DNA of 63,510 bases, filler included, from Asterionella formosa (GCA_002256025.1; 29 parts of 29 records of this genome joined end to end with filler, not necessarily neighbours in it), one strand, 5' to 3'; counted from the whole stretch's first letter, positions 49,455 to 62,295 are shown. Made by a program: numbers and translations. The notes: a model not told the origin generated them from the letters alone.

Positions 49455-50376
49455 ATGTCTACAGAAATGTCTGAAGAGAGCATGAGGCTCATCAAGTTTG
49501 ATGGCAACGAAACGACCTGGTACCAGTGGAGCGTTAAAACGCTCGCTCTGGCGAAGGCAAGAGGATTCCGAACGATGTAATCCAAGAACCACAACCCGTG
49601 TTCTGACGAAGAGTACGAAGTGGAAACAGACAAAGGAGTCAGGGCTATCTACGAGGCCAACGACAAGGCGTACCAGTTGCTCATCATGAGCTGCACCGGA
49701 ATCGCCTTCGGACTCGTAAACCAAGCCAAAACGAAAACGTTGATCGATGGCGATGCATACATGGCGTGGAAGAACCTCGAAGCGAGGTATGCCCCCCATT
49801 CTGTGTCGGACCTGATCCAGCTGGCAAGCGATTTCAACAAATGCAAGCTGAACGATAGCTCCTCTGATCCAGACGAATGGTTCATTGAGCTCGATCTAAT
49901 ACAAAGCAAGATGATGGCGATCGACCCGTCATTCGAGAAGAAAGAAATGGAAGTGATTGCGAACGTAATCGACAAGCTTCCAGTGGAGTACAGCGAGGTT
50001 GTTACAGTCGTCGAGGGCATGACAACAATCAGCCTCAACGAATTGAAAGGAAAGATCCGAGCATTCTACAAACGAAAGCTAAAGGGCACGAAGAGCACAA
50101 AGGAGATCGCCCTATTCACGCAGAAATACAGAGGTATCTGCAAGAACTGCGGAAAACAAGGGCACAAGGCCGACGTGTGCCGATCAAAAACGAACACAAG
50201 CGGAACGAATGCAAACGGTACGAACGAAAAAAATGAGATAAAGTGCTATAATTGCAATAAATATGTCGGGCATATTGCAAGAGACTGCCCGGAACCAAAA
50301 CGCGCACCACGCGGCGAGAAGAAAAAAGAAACCGGAATGTACGTGGGAATGTGCGAGGAGATTACTGGTATGGAGG
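49455..50376 (+). mobile_element. Copia gag with a premature TAA at 49578
   Basis: IKFDGNETTWYQW, DAYMAWKNLEARY, DPDEWF, KLPVEY, two CCHC knuckles. Confidence 0.92.
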
Positions 50377-50476
50377 NNNNNNNNNNNNNNNNNNNNNNNN
50401 NNNNNNNNNNNNNNNNNNNNTTAATTAATTAANNNNNNNNNNNNNNNNNNNNNNNNNNNNNNNNNNNNNNNNNNNN

Positions 50477-52568
50477 ACAGTCGACCGAGCGATGTACCGC
50501 CCATTCGCCTTAAGTACATAGTAACATAAAGCTTGCCCAACGCTCTTGGAGGGGCCAAGCCATCTCCCGAGTTTCCGTCGGGCCAGGCCACTCTCGTCCA
50601 TATCATTGGGATCATAGTAAATCACAAACTGATAGAAATCGAAATCTGTATACTCCGAAATATCAGGAGTCTCACCTGTCATTACTTCATATGGAGATCG
50701 ACCCTCAAGTGCAGGTCTAGACATGAGCTCACGGATGTTGGAGGTATATTCCGCTGCAAAACACCATAGCATGTCTGGACATCTGTACCTATTCATGATA
50801 CAACGCCAATGCGTCTTGAATTGTCCAATCTCGCTCTCAGCTCTGTTCATCCATGGGCTGTGAGGCTCTGTTGTTGTGCGAGGAACTAAGTGGATCTTCC
50901 GGACTCTCTCGAACTCTGTGAAGTCCCCTGTTTCCGCAGCTGCATTGTCTGAGTGGATACCTAGTTCTGGAATTCCATATTGCCGGATGGCCGCATTGAA
51001 TCTATCCCCACAATCTGCCTCAGAGCGCATTGGATACACCTTGGCCCAACACTGATCATTACAGAAAAGTTGTGCACATGTGTGTCCCCTCACCGACTTC
51101 ACCTTGTCCTTGGGAAACATGGTATCAGTATACCACCTAGTACGAAGGTGAGGGTATCGTAGCTGTCCTTGACGCGTACGAAACCGGTGGGAGAGCTCTT
51201 CCATTTGTGGGTAAAACCGTACTGCTCTTGTTGTAGATGCCTGCAGGGTACTCGCTGCAGTTGCCAAACTTGTCCCCCATCGTTGGGCCAGTGTGGCTGC
51301 ATCCACAGTTGAGCGGCGATCTGTGCTGGAAGTGGCTCCAACACAGTGCACAATGTCGCCATGTGTGCTAAAGAACTCCCCAGTTGTATCTCCACGAGCA
51401 ACATTTTCATAAACCTTCTCGAGGTTGGCAAAGGACTGCGAATAAGGGTCCCATGCTGCATCGGAAGTAAATGTGACGTGCCGACAGTTGACTAATTCAT
51501 CATCGGTAGGGAGGCGAGTAGTGAGATAGCTGATGCATCCATGCATCTTAAATGGGAAGAAAAGGTCTTGTTCTGGAACATAAATTCCATGCAAAGATTT
51601 TCCTTGGGAATATTGCTTGGGGCAGGTGTCGACTACAATACCATATGCTCGACACTGATTAGGGTTGAGGAGTGAATCGTCTAAACGCTTGCCAAAGTAA
51701 AGGCCTTCGTTCCAGACACCAATGATGGTTTCCTGTAGCCCTGTTAGGTCAATTGCTGTTGCACATGTGCCAATTGGAACATCTGAAAAGGATCCTAGCT
51801 CCCCAGAGAAGCCCTGAACATCTGCCACTCGATCGCTTTGCTCTAGTAGGCGGAATGTTTTCCCAAAACAACATGTGTCGGCTCTGGAATCCACTTCCAG
51901 ACGAGCTGTGACCTTAAAGTCATTAGGATGCTGTATGACTAGTGCCTTTCCAACCTTGTAGCCCACTTTACAGTGAGTCACCACACCAGCGAGCTCCCTA
52001 CGGGTGCTGCTTGTTGAGCTGACCTTTTGCTTTTTGGTTGGGTTCTCAGAATGCCTATTCCGAGAGTCGCGGCCGAATGATGCGGAAGCAGCGTCACTTG
52101 GCATGTGGCTGGGACCTTCAGTCGCATCATCTTCAGAATCGGCTCGCTCATTGTCATGTCCTTCACTCAATACCGATTTAACAACACGACCTTCCTCTTT
52201 ATTTCGACCCCTGAGCAGATAGCTCACATATTTGCTCCCGAATTTCCCTCCAGCTTTCTTCACTGCCTCAATTACATTATCTGGAATATAATTGTTCTCG
52301 CTCTGTTGTTTCTTATCGCCTATCCCTCTTCCTTTCTCGGAATCCTTTCTTTTCAATGCTTTGATTTTTGACTTTAGTTTCTTGATTTGCCGATTTGGAG
52401 TGCTATTTTGACCATCATCACCCGTCTGAGTTAATGTGCCAAGTAGCGCCATGCGTTCTCCAATCTTGGCCAAGGCATGACGAAGACTTTTCTTCGCCTT
52501 TTTGTCAGTAGCAACAATCTCAGCTGCTATGCCCTTGGTCTTTTCATGGAGGATCATGCTGACAAGAT
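50477..52568 (-). mobile_element. CoDi-like Copia gag end, protease and integrase; uninterrupted internal fragment
   Basis: LEVDSRADTCC, SLLNPNQCR, LAQRWG, YTDTMF, HSDNA, TEPHSPWMNRAE, GETPDISEY, LGRWLGPS. Confidence 0.95.
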
Positions 52569-53228
52569 NNNNNNNNNNNNNNNNNNNNNNNNNNNNNNNN
52601 NNNNNNNNNNNNTTAATTAATTAANNNNNNNNNNNNNNNNNNNNNNNNNNNNNNNNNNNNNNNNNNNNAATTTTTTCGCCCAGAGGGAGTGCGTTCGACC
52701 CTGTAAAACCATGGAGACAATGATATTTTTAGAGCTCTACATACAATAAAAGTATGAACATATTTTTTGGTCTAATTTACTACTTACGGTATATAATATC
52801 CCGACATGTGATGGTGTGTGCGTATAAGTACCGGAATAGTACCTGGTACCAGGGGTACCAGGTACTAGGTGCCGGTAGTATGATGTCTGAGTGTGTCTGT
52901 TAGGCTGTTGATGTCGACAGGTGTCCGAAGCTAGATGTAGTCTGAGGAATGTATAACGGAAATACCGGTAGACAGGATTGCTTTATATTCATGACCCTAT
53001 ATGTAGCAGAATAGTATGCAGACGAGCGTCGTGAGAAAGATCTTGACCGCCACATATTTCAACAGCATGATAGCCTTGCATTCAAAACGATTCGACCGCA
53101 AACTACCTCACACCGTTTCATGAATACAATAGCAAACATTATCGAATGCCAGCAATAAAGGTTACGATATCAAAACTATAGCTAAAGTTACATGCAGTCC
53201 ATACTCCATACGATAACCGTGAAAATGA

Positions 53229-54305
53229 TCAAAAATCCGCCTGCCTAGAACTGATTGGACGTCGTAGAGCTTCTGCAAGCTTTGCCTCGCGTTGATCTGT
53301 CAATGTGACTTTTTTGCCTTCCTTCTTTTTGAAGGCCATTGCACGTTGTTTTTGAAACCAATGAAGCAAAGAATTCCTTGTAGATTTCTGCTTTGGCCAA
53401 GCCCCATTATTGGCTTCAACGAAATCCTTAAGATCCTTGCAATTCTTGTCCCAGATCGCTTGGTGAACGTTCCAAACAAAATCTATACGTTCCAAAAGTT
53501 CGATACGGTCTTTTGTCATCGGAGAACTTCGCCCTCTCTTCAATAGCGAGTAATTTTGTCGCTGTCGGTTCACCCAAATGCTAAGTTCTGTGTACGTTGG
53601 ATCTTTGAAAGGCACAACAGTGTGCCCAAAAATCCTGATATACTCCTCAAGTTCTCTATATTTCTTTGTCCACATTTCATCAATTTGTTCTCCCCAAGTG
53701 AAGCCTATTTCGTCCAGTTTTTGTATCCTTTCTTGTGTCATTCCAGTGTGTTTCATCGACCTTTGATTAGCAATCCAATAGTAAAGCTGAGGATTATCTG
53801 CCTTCTTGACGTTGAAATGCCCGTTCTCTTCTAAAAATTGCTTCAGATTTTCGTAATTAGTCTCCCATTCGAATTGTATGGCATTCCACACCATTCCCAG
53901 CGAGTTCAGGGCTTGGATCCGGTCGTCAGTCATGGGCGTTACCTTACCACGCAACCTCTGCTGATAATTCCACCTTTGTGTAACAACCCATTGATATAGA
54001 TCACCTGCTTCAGTGTCAGAGTGTTCCACTTTGGTACGCCCATTGTGCTTCTCCACAAATGCACGAAAGGCTTGAAACTTGACCTCCCATTTTTTATGGG
54101 AACGCGTACAATGGCATTCTTCGTTCTGTAGTGTCGTTGGTATATCCTTGATATTCGCTGAGTTCGAAAAGGACCGCTGATAGTGTTGCGACAGTAGTTT
54201 GATGTTCATGTAGCGGTAGTTACGGGCTTTAGTACGAGCAGTACCTGTAGTTGCTTTACACCAAGCAACTCGTATCACATTTCGGGATGATACCGATAGA
54301 AGCAT
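53229..54305 (-). CDS. Helicase-associated (HA, PF03457-like) repeat protein, 4 repeats, putative mitochondrial presequence
   Basis: W...F..F....G...V...L..WV..QR...MT..RI..L..LG..W repeated four times; basic, acid-free N-terminus. Confidence 0.85.
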   Translation of the reverse strand: MLLSVSSRNVIRVAWCKATTGTARTKARNYRYMNIKLLSQHYQRSFSNSANIKDIPTTLQNEECHCTRSHKKWEVKFQAFRAFVEKHNGRTKVEHSDTEAGDLYQWVVTQRWNYQQRLRGKVTPMTDDRIQALNSLGMVWNAIQFEWETNYENLKQFLEENGHFNVKKADNPQLYYWIANQRSMKHTGMTQERIQKLDEIGFTWGEQIDEMWTKKYRELEEYIRIFGHTVVPFKDPTYTELSIWVNRQRQNYSLLKRGRSSPMTKDRIELLERIDFVWNVHQAIWDKNCKDLKDFVEANNGAWPKQKSTRNSLLHWFQKQRAMAFKKKEGKKVTLTDQREAKLAEALRRPISSRQADF

Positions 54306-55719
54306 TGTTCCGTTGAACAGATATTATATGACAATGAATTTGGAAAGTAACAGCAACATGTCATTGATTATGAATGAAAGACTCATAAATTCCTCTGCCT
54401 GATGATCTGCATTGAACAGTGCATCAAACTACTGAAGGAAAGACACGACCGACGGTTGGTGGCCGGGCGCCACTCGTTTGGTCAACCTGCTCGCGCCTCC
54501 CAAGCCTCGAACACAAGATTACGAGTAGGCAGACTCCTCCCGAGTACCGGTAGGGTCTTAACTAGGCAATTCCCGCTCCAGCTATCGTCTTGCCATTCGG
54601 GTACTTCTAAGTAATTTTTAGGCTCTAAGTAATCTCTTAAGTAATTGATTTTTAGGGGCAATATGGGGCATATCAATTTTTTCGACAGAATGAAAATTGC
54701 CGATTTTAGGATGACAGCCAGAATAACGGTAAAATACATAAAAAGGGTACAACAAGCGTNNNNNNNNNNNNNNNNNNNNNNNNNNNNNNNNNNNNNNNNN
54801 NNNTTAATTAATTAANNNNNNNNNNNNNNNNNNNNNNNNNNNNNNNNNNNNNNNNNNNNTGAAGAAGCGCAGCGGGGTGACAAGAGTAGATCAATGCAGC
54901 AGACGAAAGGCAACGCCACAAAGAAGAAGAAAAAGAGAAGCAATGTCATAGCACGTGGATTCAAATGAATGAGCTATATTTTCAGATTTTTGAGTACACA
55001 GAACAATAGGATAGGCTTTGATGACTCGTAGCCCTGGTTCAGTGCAGCAAGCAGTTACAGCATCGTTCACACTCTTTTCTCGGGTCGAAGCCGTACTATA
55101 TAATGTGCAGGCCATGTCCCGTTTTCGTGACAAGGAGCTGTCCTTATAATTCTTTATTATTGGGAATGCCATTATGGGTTGACAGGGAGAAGCTACATGG
55201 ACTTAAAAGTAGGTCAATCAGCATTCGTGTTCCAGTATGCATTTTCGTTGTTGTCCTTGAAAAGAGTGCTGATCAAATAACCCAAGAACTCAATGCAATA
55301 ATGTATCATCTATTGCAAGTTGTAATGAATGTTCAATCTTTTCACATCCATATATTCCTCGTCTTGAGGGAACAGTGAGGATTCTGAAGTAGTAAGGAAA
55401 TCAGTTGCCAAATATACAATGCATCTTGAACATACGAAAATGTTTTGTTTCTTTCATCTATACCTTCATACTATAGGTCCCCCCAATAAAATGTGTGACT
55501 TTTAATTTCAATGATGAGTTTAACTTTGACTGACAAACATTGAAATTGCACATCTGTTCAAATGTATTTAACAGTTGGCCCAACAGGCACAATCTGAAAT
55601 CACACAAAATGGGCCAATACTTTTTTGATGATTTGATATATAACATCGTCATTGCAAACTGGGCGCGCTCTGATAAGAAAAGAATATTGCATATCATGTG
55701 CATTATAACATTAATTCTT

Positions 55720-56063
55720 GAGGGAACGGCTTAGTTGGTTGCGCACATTGCCTTTGATCTGAAGTTGTGGGGTTCGATTCCCGCAATTATGTACCATTAG
55801 TCCCTTGGGTTCCAGGTGGTGAGACAGACAACAAGCAGGTCTAAGGCGGTATGCTACTAAACTGTGAAAGAACTGGAGGTTGCGCGTGATGTCGCACTCG
55901 GCCCCCCAATGGGCCTTAGACCTGCTTGTTGTCTGTCTCACCACCCGTAACCAAAGGGATTACCGGTACACAATCAAAGCAGGTGGAGACTCCGGGAATG
56001 ATCGAACCCGCCACCTGATCGGAAGGTGAGCTAAATAACCAACTACCCGTGATCTATTCCCCT
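55720..56063. mobile_element. Pair of convergent tRNA-derived (SINE-like) units forming an inverted repeat
   Basis: A box 55727-55738 and B box GGTTCGATTCC 55771-55781 on plus; mirror boxes at ~56037-56049 and ~55994-56008 on minus; perfect 33-bp arms 55815-55847 and 55913-55945. Confidence 0.65.
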
Positions 56064-57861
56064 ATATATATTTGATTTTAATATCACAAATACTGCCGTC
56101 ATTCTTGTTGCCTGCGAAAGAAATCTGCGATTTTATTGCCGAAAAATTAGATATTGCCCATGAGTAAAATTACTTAGAATTACCCGAAAATGGTCAAACG
56201 ATCATAGCTGGAGCGGGAATCGCTCGCAGATCTGTTGGATTTTGATCAATTTCCCATATACTATGTGTACTGTGTACCGGAATCCATAAAAGGAATGCAA
56301 AATCAAATTTTTGTTACATGCACACAACGAATAATAATACATAGGCGTTCGCCTGCAAAGCCTCGCTATGCGTTCTGAACACATCATATACATACTTTAA
56401 TAGGATCCAAAGAGCGACGGATGCTCATTTCGTTGATCACGAACAGCATCCCGAGAAAAGATAGGACAAACCATATTTCGGCGGGCTCGATCGTATCTAT
56501 GTTTCACATGTTGGTCAGCTCTCCTCGCAGACGAGCGAGCCTGTGTAGGACATTACATAATGACAGTCCTTCGATCACCGGCAGAGCCTCTTGAGCGTGT
56601 TATCTAAATAGAACTGCCAGGGTTTTGCGTGGTTGTCCCACCTCGCGTCGGATTTATGTTCCTCCGCCCACCAAACCCAATCGGTGTTGCTGGTGTTCAA
56701 GACTATTTCTTTGACGTTCTTCATTGCCGAGGACAAAAGTATGAATTGAAGAAGTTGAAGCTTTCCCTTCAAAAAATGGCAGCTTTGTTTCAGAACCATT
56801 CATTCATCCATGAATTAGTTGGTCAAAACCCGCTAGTTGAAGTGACACTGCAGGCTATCAGAGGTATCACCTTGCGTACTCGTGAAGATGGTACGAATAT
56901 AATAGGCCTTTGTCGCGGCGAAGAAATAAACGGGCGAGTACCAAGGNNNNNNNNNNNNNNNNNNNNNNNNNNNNNNNNNNNNNNNNNNNNTTAATTAATT
57001 AANNNNNNNNNNNNNNNNNNNNNNNNNNNNNNNNNNNNNNNNNNNNCAAAAAATCATTGCTGCATCCATTGTCATTGACAATTCCTGCAAAGAAATCCAG
57101 GATTGCTTCTCTTCTCATGCATACTTGCTATTACAAAATCTTTCTTAGAGCAGTTGATTTGTTAATTTTCTCTTCCGAAATTACAAGGAGCAGAAAAACT
57201 ATTTTTTGAGAGAAAAAGCACATCATCAAAGTTAGCATCAAATCATAAAGAAATCAAAAACAATGTAGATGACTGTAGAATTACTTGGCATGCAATGACT
57301 GACTGTTAACAATAATGCAAATTTGATGCTGAATGATTTTTGAGTATTGAGACTACCAAAATGATTTAGTGAATGACTTTAAGCGAAAATGCTATTTAAG
57401 GGAAGAAATGGCACAGTATGCATTCTTCAAAGCTACTGAGTGAGATTTGGATTTCTTTCTATTTTCTATTAGGTCTATAATAAAATGTATCTCCTTTTAA
57501 TTCATCTTAATTATATTTATCCAATTCGACGTCTTTTACTTTTGACAAGACAATTAGATCATATTGTTCCTTGCTCACCTGCAACTTGATAGCCTGATAT
57601 ATGTTTTTTGTAAGAGATGATACATTGATGCAATTGAATGATGATGTCACCACACACATCACACATACTGGTTGTCATCAATGTAGAATTGTATGCATCA
57701 CCAACTTTCACAACTTTGGCTACTTCAATTGCTTCAGTAATGGTTCCAACTGTGGTTTGTGGAATATGATCCTTGTATGCAGGTTTAGCTGTCAATTCAA
57801 ATTCAACTGTAGGTTTGATGACACTTTTTGCCTTCACTGCAGGCATCTCAGTAGCTGATGG

Positions 57862-58451
57862 TCAAGATGTCAAACCTTGATTAGAAATTTGCAATGCTAG
57901 ATAGTCGAAATTTGTTGTCAGATGCTGCTCAATGTTTGTTATGGTAATCATTTTCGAATTCAAACAGGTTAAGGAATCATCTACAACTTGCAGAATGATT
58001 GTTGATGTTTTGTTTGTCTTCAAAATGAGGGCTTCAATGCGCTTAACAACTAGCTTGATTCTTGAAAATCTTTTGCTTTCTGCTTGAGTGAAATTGAAAT
58101 GCCATTGGTTTTTGAATTTCGCTTCTAGCTGAAAAATGCCGCCCTGGAAACACCCTTGATTATTATTGTGATCAAAGAAGTGTGTACCAAACCATTCATG
58201 CCAAATCGACAGGCAGATCAAATGATTAGTTCATACCTTGGACATCCGTTTTCATTTTTCTGCATGTGAATGGCACTAACAGATGTTGAAACACTTTGAT
58301 CATTCAAAGATCTATTACTTTGTATTGATGATGAGGACTGTGCAGAGGATGAAAAATCGAAGGATGACAAATGATTCAAAAGAGACTGTAAGTGTTGTGG
58401 TCGAACTAAGCCATCAACTCTATCGTTCAATTGTGAAAAGTTTGCTCTCAC
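57862..58451 (-). mobile_element. GCR1_C-like domain relic (Crypton-like C-terminus), frameshifted
   Basis: SIWHEWFG...GGIFQLEAKFKNQW...ESKRFSRIKLVVKRIE. Confidence 0.6.
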
Positions 58452-58499
58452 ATCTAAGACGCCGTTTACGGCACTTTTTCGAATTTATGTGTAAAGTGA

Positions 58500-58582
58500 C
58501 GTATTTATGCTACTTTTTTAAAATATTATGTTACTTTTCTAAAATATTATGTTACTTTTTTGAAATATTATGCTACTTTTTC
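58500..58582. repeat. ~21-bp tandem repeat x4 (AAATATTATGYTACTTTTTT)
   Basis: Read directly from sequence. Confidence 0.85.
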
Positions 58583-59233
58583 CCTAATTTATTCCGGTTA
58601 AACAAAAATTTATTTCACTTATCGAATAATTATGTGATCACACCAATAATTATGTGTGTTCGTGACAATATATGTTGACCAACTAGCCATCGCAACAGTT
58701 TAAAAGCGAAATTATGCTGCTCTGCCGCAATATTATGCTGCTTTCACCATATAATGAACGAAAGAGTCGCCAATTCCGATTCACTTATTATTTTTTCCGC
58801 TCCGACATATTTCTTTGATCTGAACTGGCAAAGAATAACACATGCAAGAGGACGATTCACACTGTAGAATTCAGCACACGTAGTAGTAGTTGATGTTGTA
58901 GACACATAATTAAGTCATTGTTGATTGTAGAGATTACAATAGCCTGCCAGATTGGAAATAAAGCACCGTTGGTACTTGTTGAGCATCGTTGAGCATTGCA
59001 TGTCTCCGTAGTGAATCGAAATTGAGATGTGCCACAATGGCCTTCTCCGTCTCGGAGCAGCTACAAATAGTCTACAGCGATAACTCTAGCAAGTACAATA
59101 TAGAAAAAGAACCAGAGGATGAGTAGCTGACAANNNNNNNNNNNNNNNNNNNNNNNNNNNNNNNNNNNNNNNNNNNNTTAATTAATTAANNNNNNNNNNN
59201 NNNNNNNNNNNNNNNNNNNNNNNNNNNNNNNNN

Positions 59234-61319
59234 CATTATTGAACTCTTGGCTATCGTTTCTGGGAATGGAAGAATTCAACTTCTGGTATGGATTAACGAT
59301 TTCGTCAACCCCGAGTTTAAGCTCAGACGAGTTGACGTCAGAGTTGTATTTGTGTATACGACGTTTCTTTTGATTCTTTCGGACTATCATTAGTTCGATC
59401 AATCGTTGGTGTTTCGTTTCACTATTGACGCGATCCTCAGGGTCTCCACGAGCGCGCTTTCTCCACCCGGTATATGCACCCAACAAGAAATGAGGGGATG
59501 TATTCGAAGACGGGCTGTCTTCAGGGAGTCCTTTAAACAATGCCTCACGGCTTTGTAACTGGTCAAGCAATTGCTCGCAGAGAAATCGAGGACGGTGCGT
59601 TTCAAGGACGATGTTGCGCTTGGTGAGGCTCATACCTGCAGGATTGTGACCAATGGTGATTGATTCACAAGTGCCACCAAGGGATTGGATGCTGCTTGCC
59701 TGGTTAATGCTCAAACACACGGTCGCTTCTGATGATGTCAATGCCAGGAGACGACCGTCTGGTCGACCTGCCACCAAAAGAGACCCACGAACAACACGAT
59801 GAGTGTGGCGATGCACAAGATGGTCGGTTGGGTTACCATGAAGGACGTTGATGCCCGCGATGGAGTATGAACAGGCAAAAATCTTCGAGAGGAAGGCATC
59901 GCCTGCCTGCGCAACCCATGGGATATCTCCGATGACTACTGTTCTACCTACCATTCGATGCAACAAGTTCCGTCCTTGCAGCAAACGTAGAATGGTTATG
60001 TTGATCTGTGGAAGGAAGAAGTAGATCAATGCGTCTAAGCAACGGGTGATGTAAAACGTCCTCTCAGTATCTAGTCCGCTCACTTTTGCAAGTCCAGTCA
60101 CAATCGGGAAGCCACTTGTTACTGTCACCATTATGTAGATGAATGACATCACGTACGCTCGAGCATTCTCAAGAACGTGATCACTCCAAAGTCGTCCAGC
60201 ATCGCGAAGGCTTCGCTCGGTCTGCAAGCGGTCGCCTTGAAGTCGATTGCCCTCGCAGTCCACACCAACAATGTTCTCGAGAGCACGAATACAGTCTTGA
60301 TTGCAGCGTTCGAGAATCTGCAAGTCAGACTCGGTGATGAGAGCGCCGCTCAAATGGCGAAATTCCTTTGTGCTCAGAATGGTCAAGCAAATGTGTTCGA
60401 AAAGGAGAGTCAAAAGCTGCTGTGTAGCTGCTACACTGATGGAACAAGGCTCAGCTGGACGCAATCCGATATCTGTGGAAAAGATATGGCTTGCAGTCAT
60501 CTTATCATCTGCCATGCTGCGTAGCTGTTTTCCAATCTGAGTATCCCATTCGCTAGTAACAACAAAGATGTTCTTCGTCGATGCTTGCAACAGATTGGAG
60601 CAGGCCAAAGGAGCGAATGTTCCACCGCTATGAGAAACAATGATGACTATGGTATCATGCAGGTCAGGATTGTTTGTTGATATGGGGTATCCTACTGATG
60701 GGATGGCCATATCCTGACCAAACATTCCAAGAAGCTTGTTGCTGCTTACAGACTTGATGAACAGTCGCGGGAAGACCTTTTGTAAGTCACTTGCAAATTG
60801 TTCTGCCAACCATAGGGAAACTTCACACCCTGTCAGCAGTATATCAGCAGTGCCAGCATGAGATGGGATCTTTCCGCTGATTCTATCGTTCAAGCGACCC
60901 TTGAGACAGCGGCTAAGATTCCAGCCCGTCAGTCGATTGAGTCCAACATTGGCCCAGCTCTGTTGAATCGCCTTGCATGCTCGTGGAATATCCTGTATGT
61001 CGAAAAGAATCAAATCCTTTGCTATTTCTGGGAGAGCTTGCACGAATTCATTACCCTCGAGTAAGGTCATACGGCTATAGAGCTTGCCGTGTGGAGCCGC
61101 AATGCTCTCTTGATGTAGCACTAGGACGACACTTCCACGAAGGACCAAGTGTTGTTGAAGGTGTCTATTAGGAACACTTACTAAAGCCTCCCCCTCCCCC
61201 TCGTCCTGTCCCCAATCAATTAGACAAACCTCCCCACCAAGGTCATCGAGATCAAGGCGCAGAGTCTCGTCGTCGTGTGATGCGCCAGAGATAGGACGAG
61301 TCCACTCGTGTCCACCGGG
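59234..61319 (-). CDS. Internal fragment of a large GlmS-like SIS-domain protein with hydrophobic segments
   Basis: Open across the whole contig; DIQDIP, LLTGCEVSLW, IIVSHSGGTF, AEPCSISVAAT, hydrophobic YVMSFIYIMVTV and ALIYFFLP, HRHTHRVVRGSLLVAGRPDGR. Confidence 0.75.
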
Positions 61320-61599
61320 NNNNNNNNNNNNNNNNNNNNNNNNNNNNNNNNNNNNNNNNNNNNTTAATTAATTAANNNNNNNNNNNNNNNNNNNNNNNNN
61401 NNNNNNNNNNNNNNNNNNNGCAATCTATTTTCTTCAGCAGCAGTTTGTGCTGAAAGTCGAATGAATAGCTCAAGAGAGGAATTGTGGACTAGACTATCAG
61501 AAGTTGCTGATACACTGCTGTGTGATTTGGGTGGGCTATCTTTCCATCTTTGTAAAGAATGAGTCTCAAACCAGGTTTTCTTAACCATAGAAAATATCC

Positions 61600-62295
61600 C
61601 AAAGCAGTTCGGGATGTTGTAGGAGCTGAACTCGGGAATGGACTTGGATGTTCATCTACAAACTCATTTCTCAACGAGCTGGCTGTGCTTGTATCTATCG
61701 CAATGGAGTCGGGATTATTTCCTTAAATGTCTCGGGCGTTGAGGAACTCTGATGGAGTCTTTTGGAAAATTGTGTAAAAAACTGGAGGGGCGTCAAATGT
61801 GAACGTTCCATTGCTGTCTGTCACAGTGGTCATTGCAACGGTTACATTTGGATACTTAAGCTCAATGGACACACTTCTGATAGGAATGTCCCCGCTATCA
61901 TTGTTATCAATATCTTCGAGTACCTGCCTGGCAATGGTGCGTAGTTGTAGCAATGACATTGCTGGTATGGTCATATAGCGTCACAAGCACTCCGACTAAG
62001 TTGGTATCACCACTGTCATTGTTGTCTGTATCTTCCTTGACACAGCCGGAAATTGAGCCAAGTTTCTGTGCACTAGGAGCAGGACTGATGACGGGCTGAA
62101 GACCTGGACGTTTGTCTACAAACTCATTGTTAAACGAGCTGCCGGATCTAATGTCAATGTCGATTGAATTGACATCACTACCGACATTGTCCCAACGTTG
62201 ACGAATCCTGTCGTCGGGGTCTTCTGATCAATTGTGTATACACCTGGAGGGGCGTAAAAATGAACTTTCCAGCACAGTCCTTTAACGTCGTCATT
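61600..62295 (-). pseudogene. Decayed SdrD B/Cna-B-like repeat surface protein
   Basis: VLEDIDNNDSGDIPI..V.IEL....TTVTDSNGTFTFDAPP..Y, GSISGCVKEDTDNNDSGD, and NEFVD repeated; frameshifts. Confidence 0.65.

Noticed and set aside
55720..55790. Functional tRNA gene
   Set aside because: A and B boxes are present but no acceptor stem or clean anticodon arm is visible
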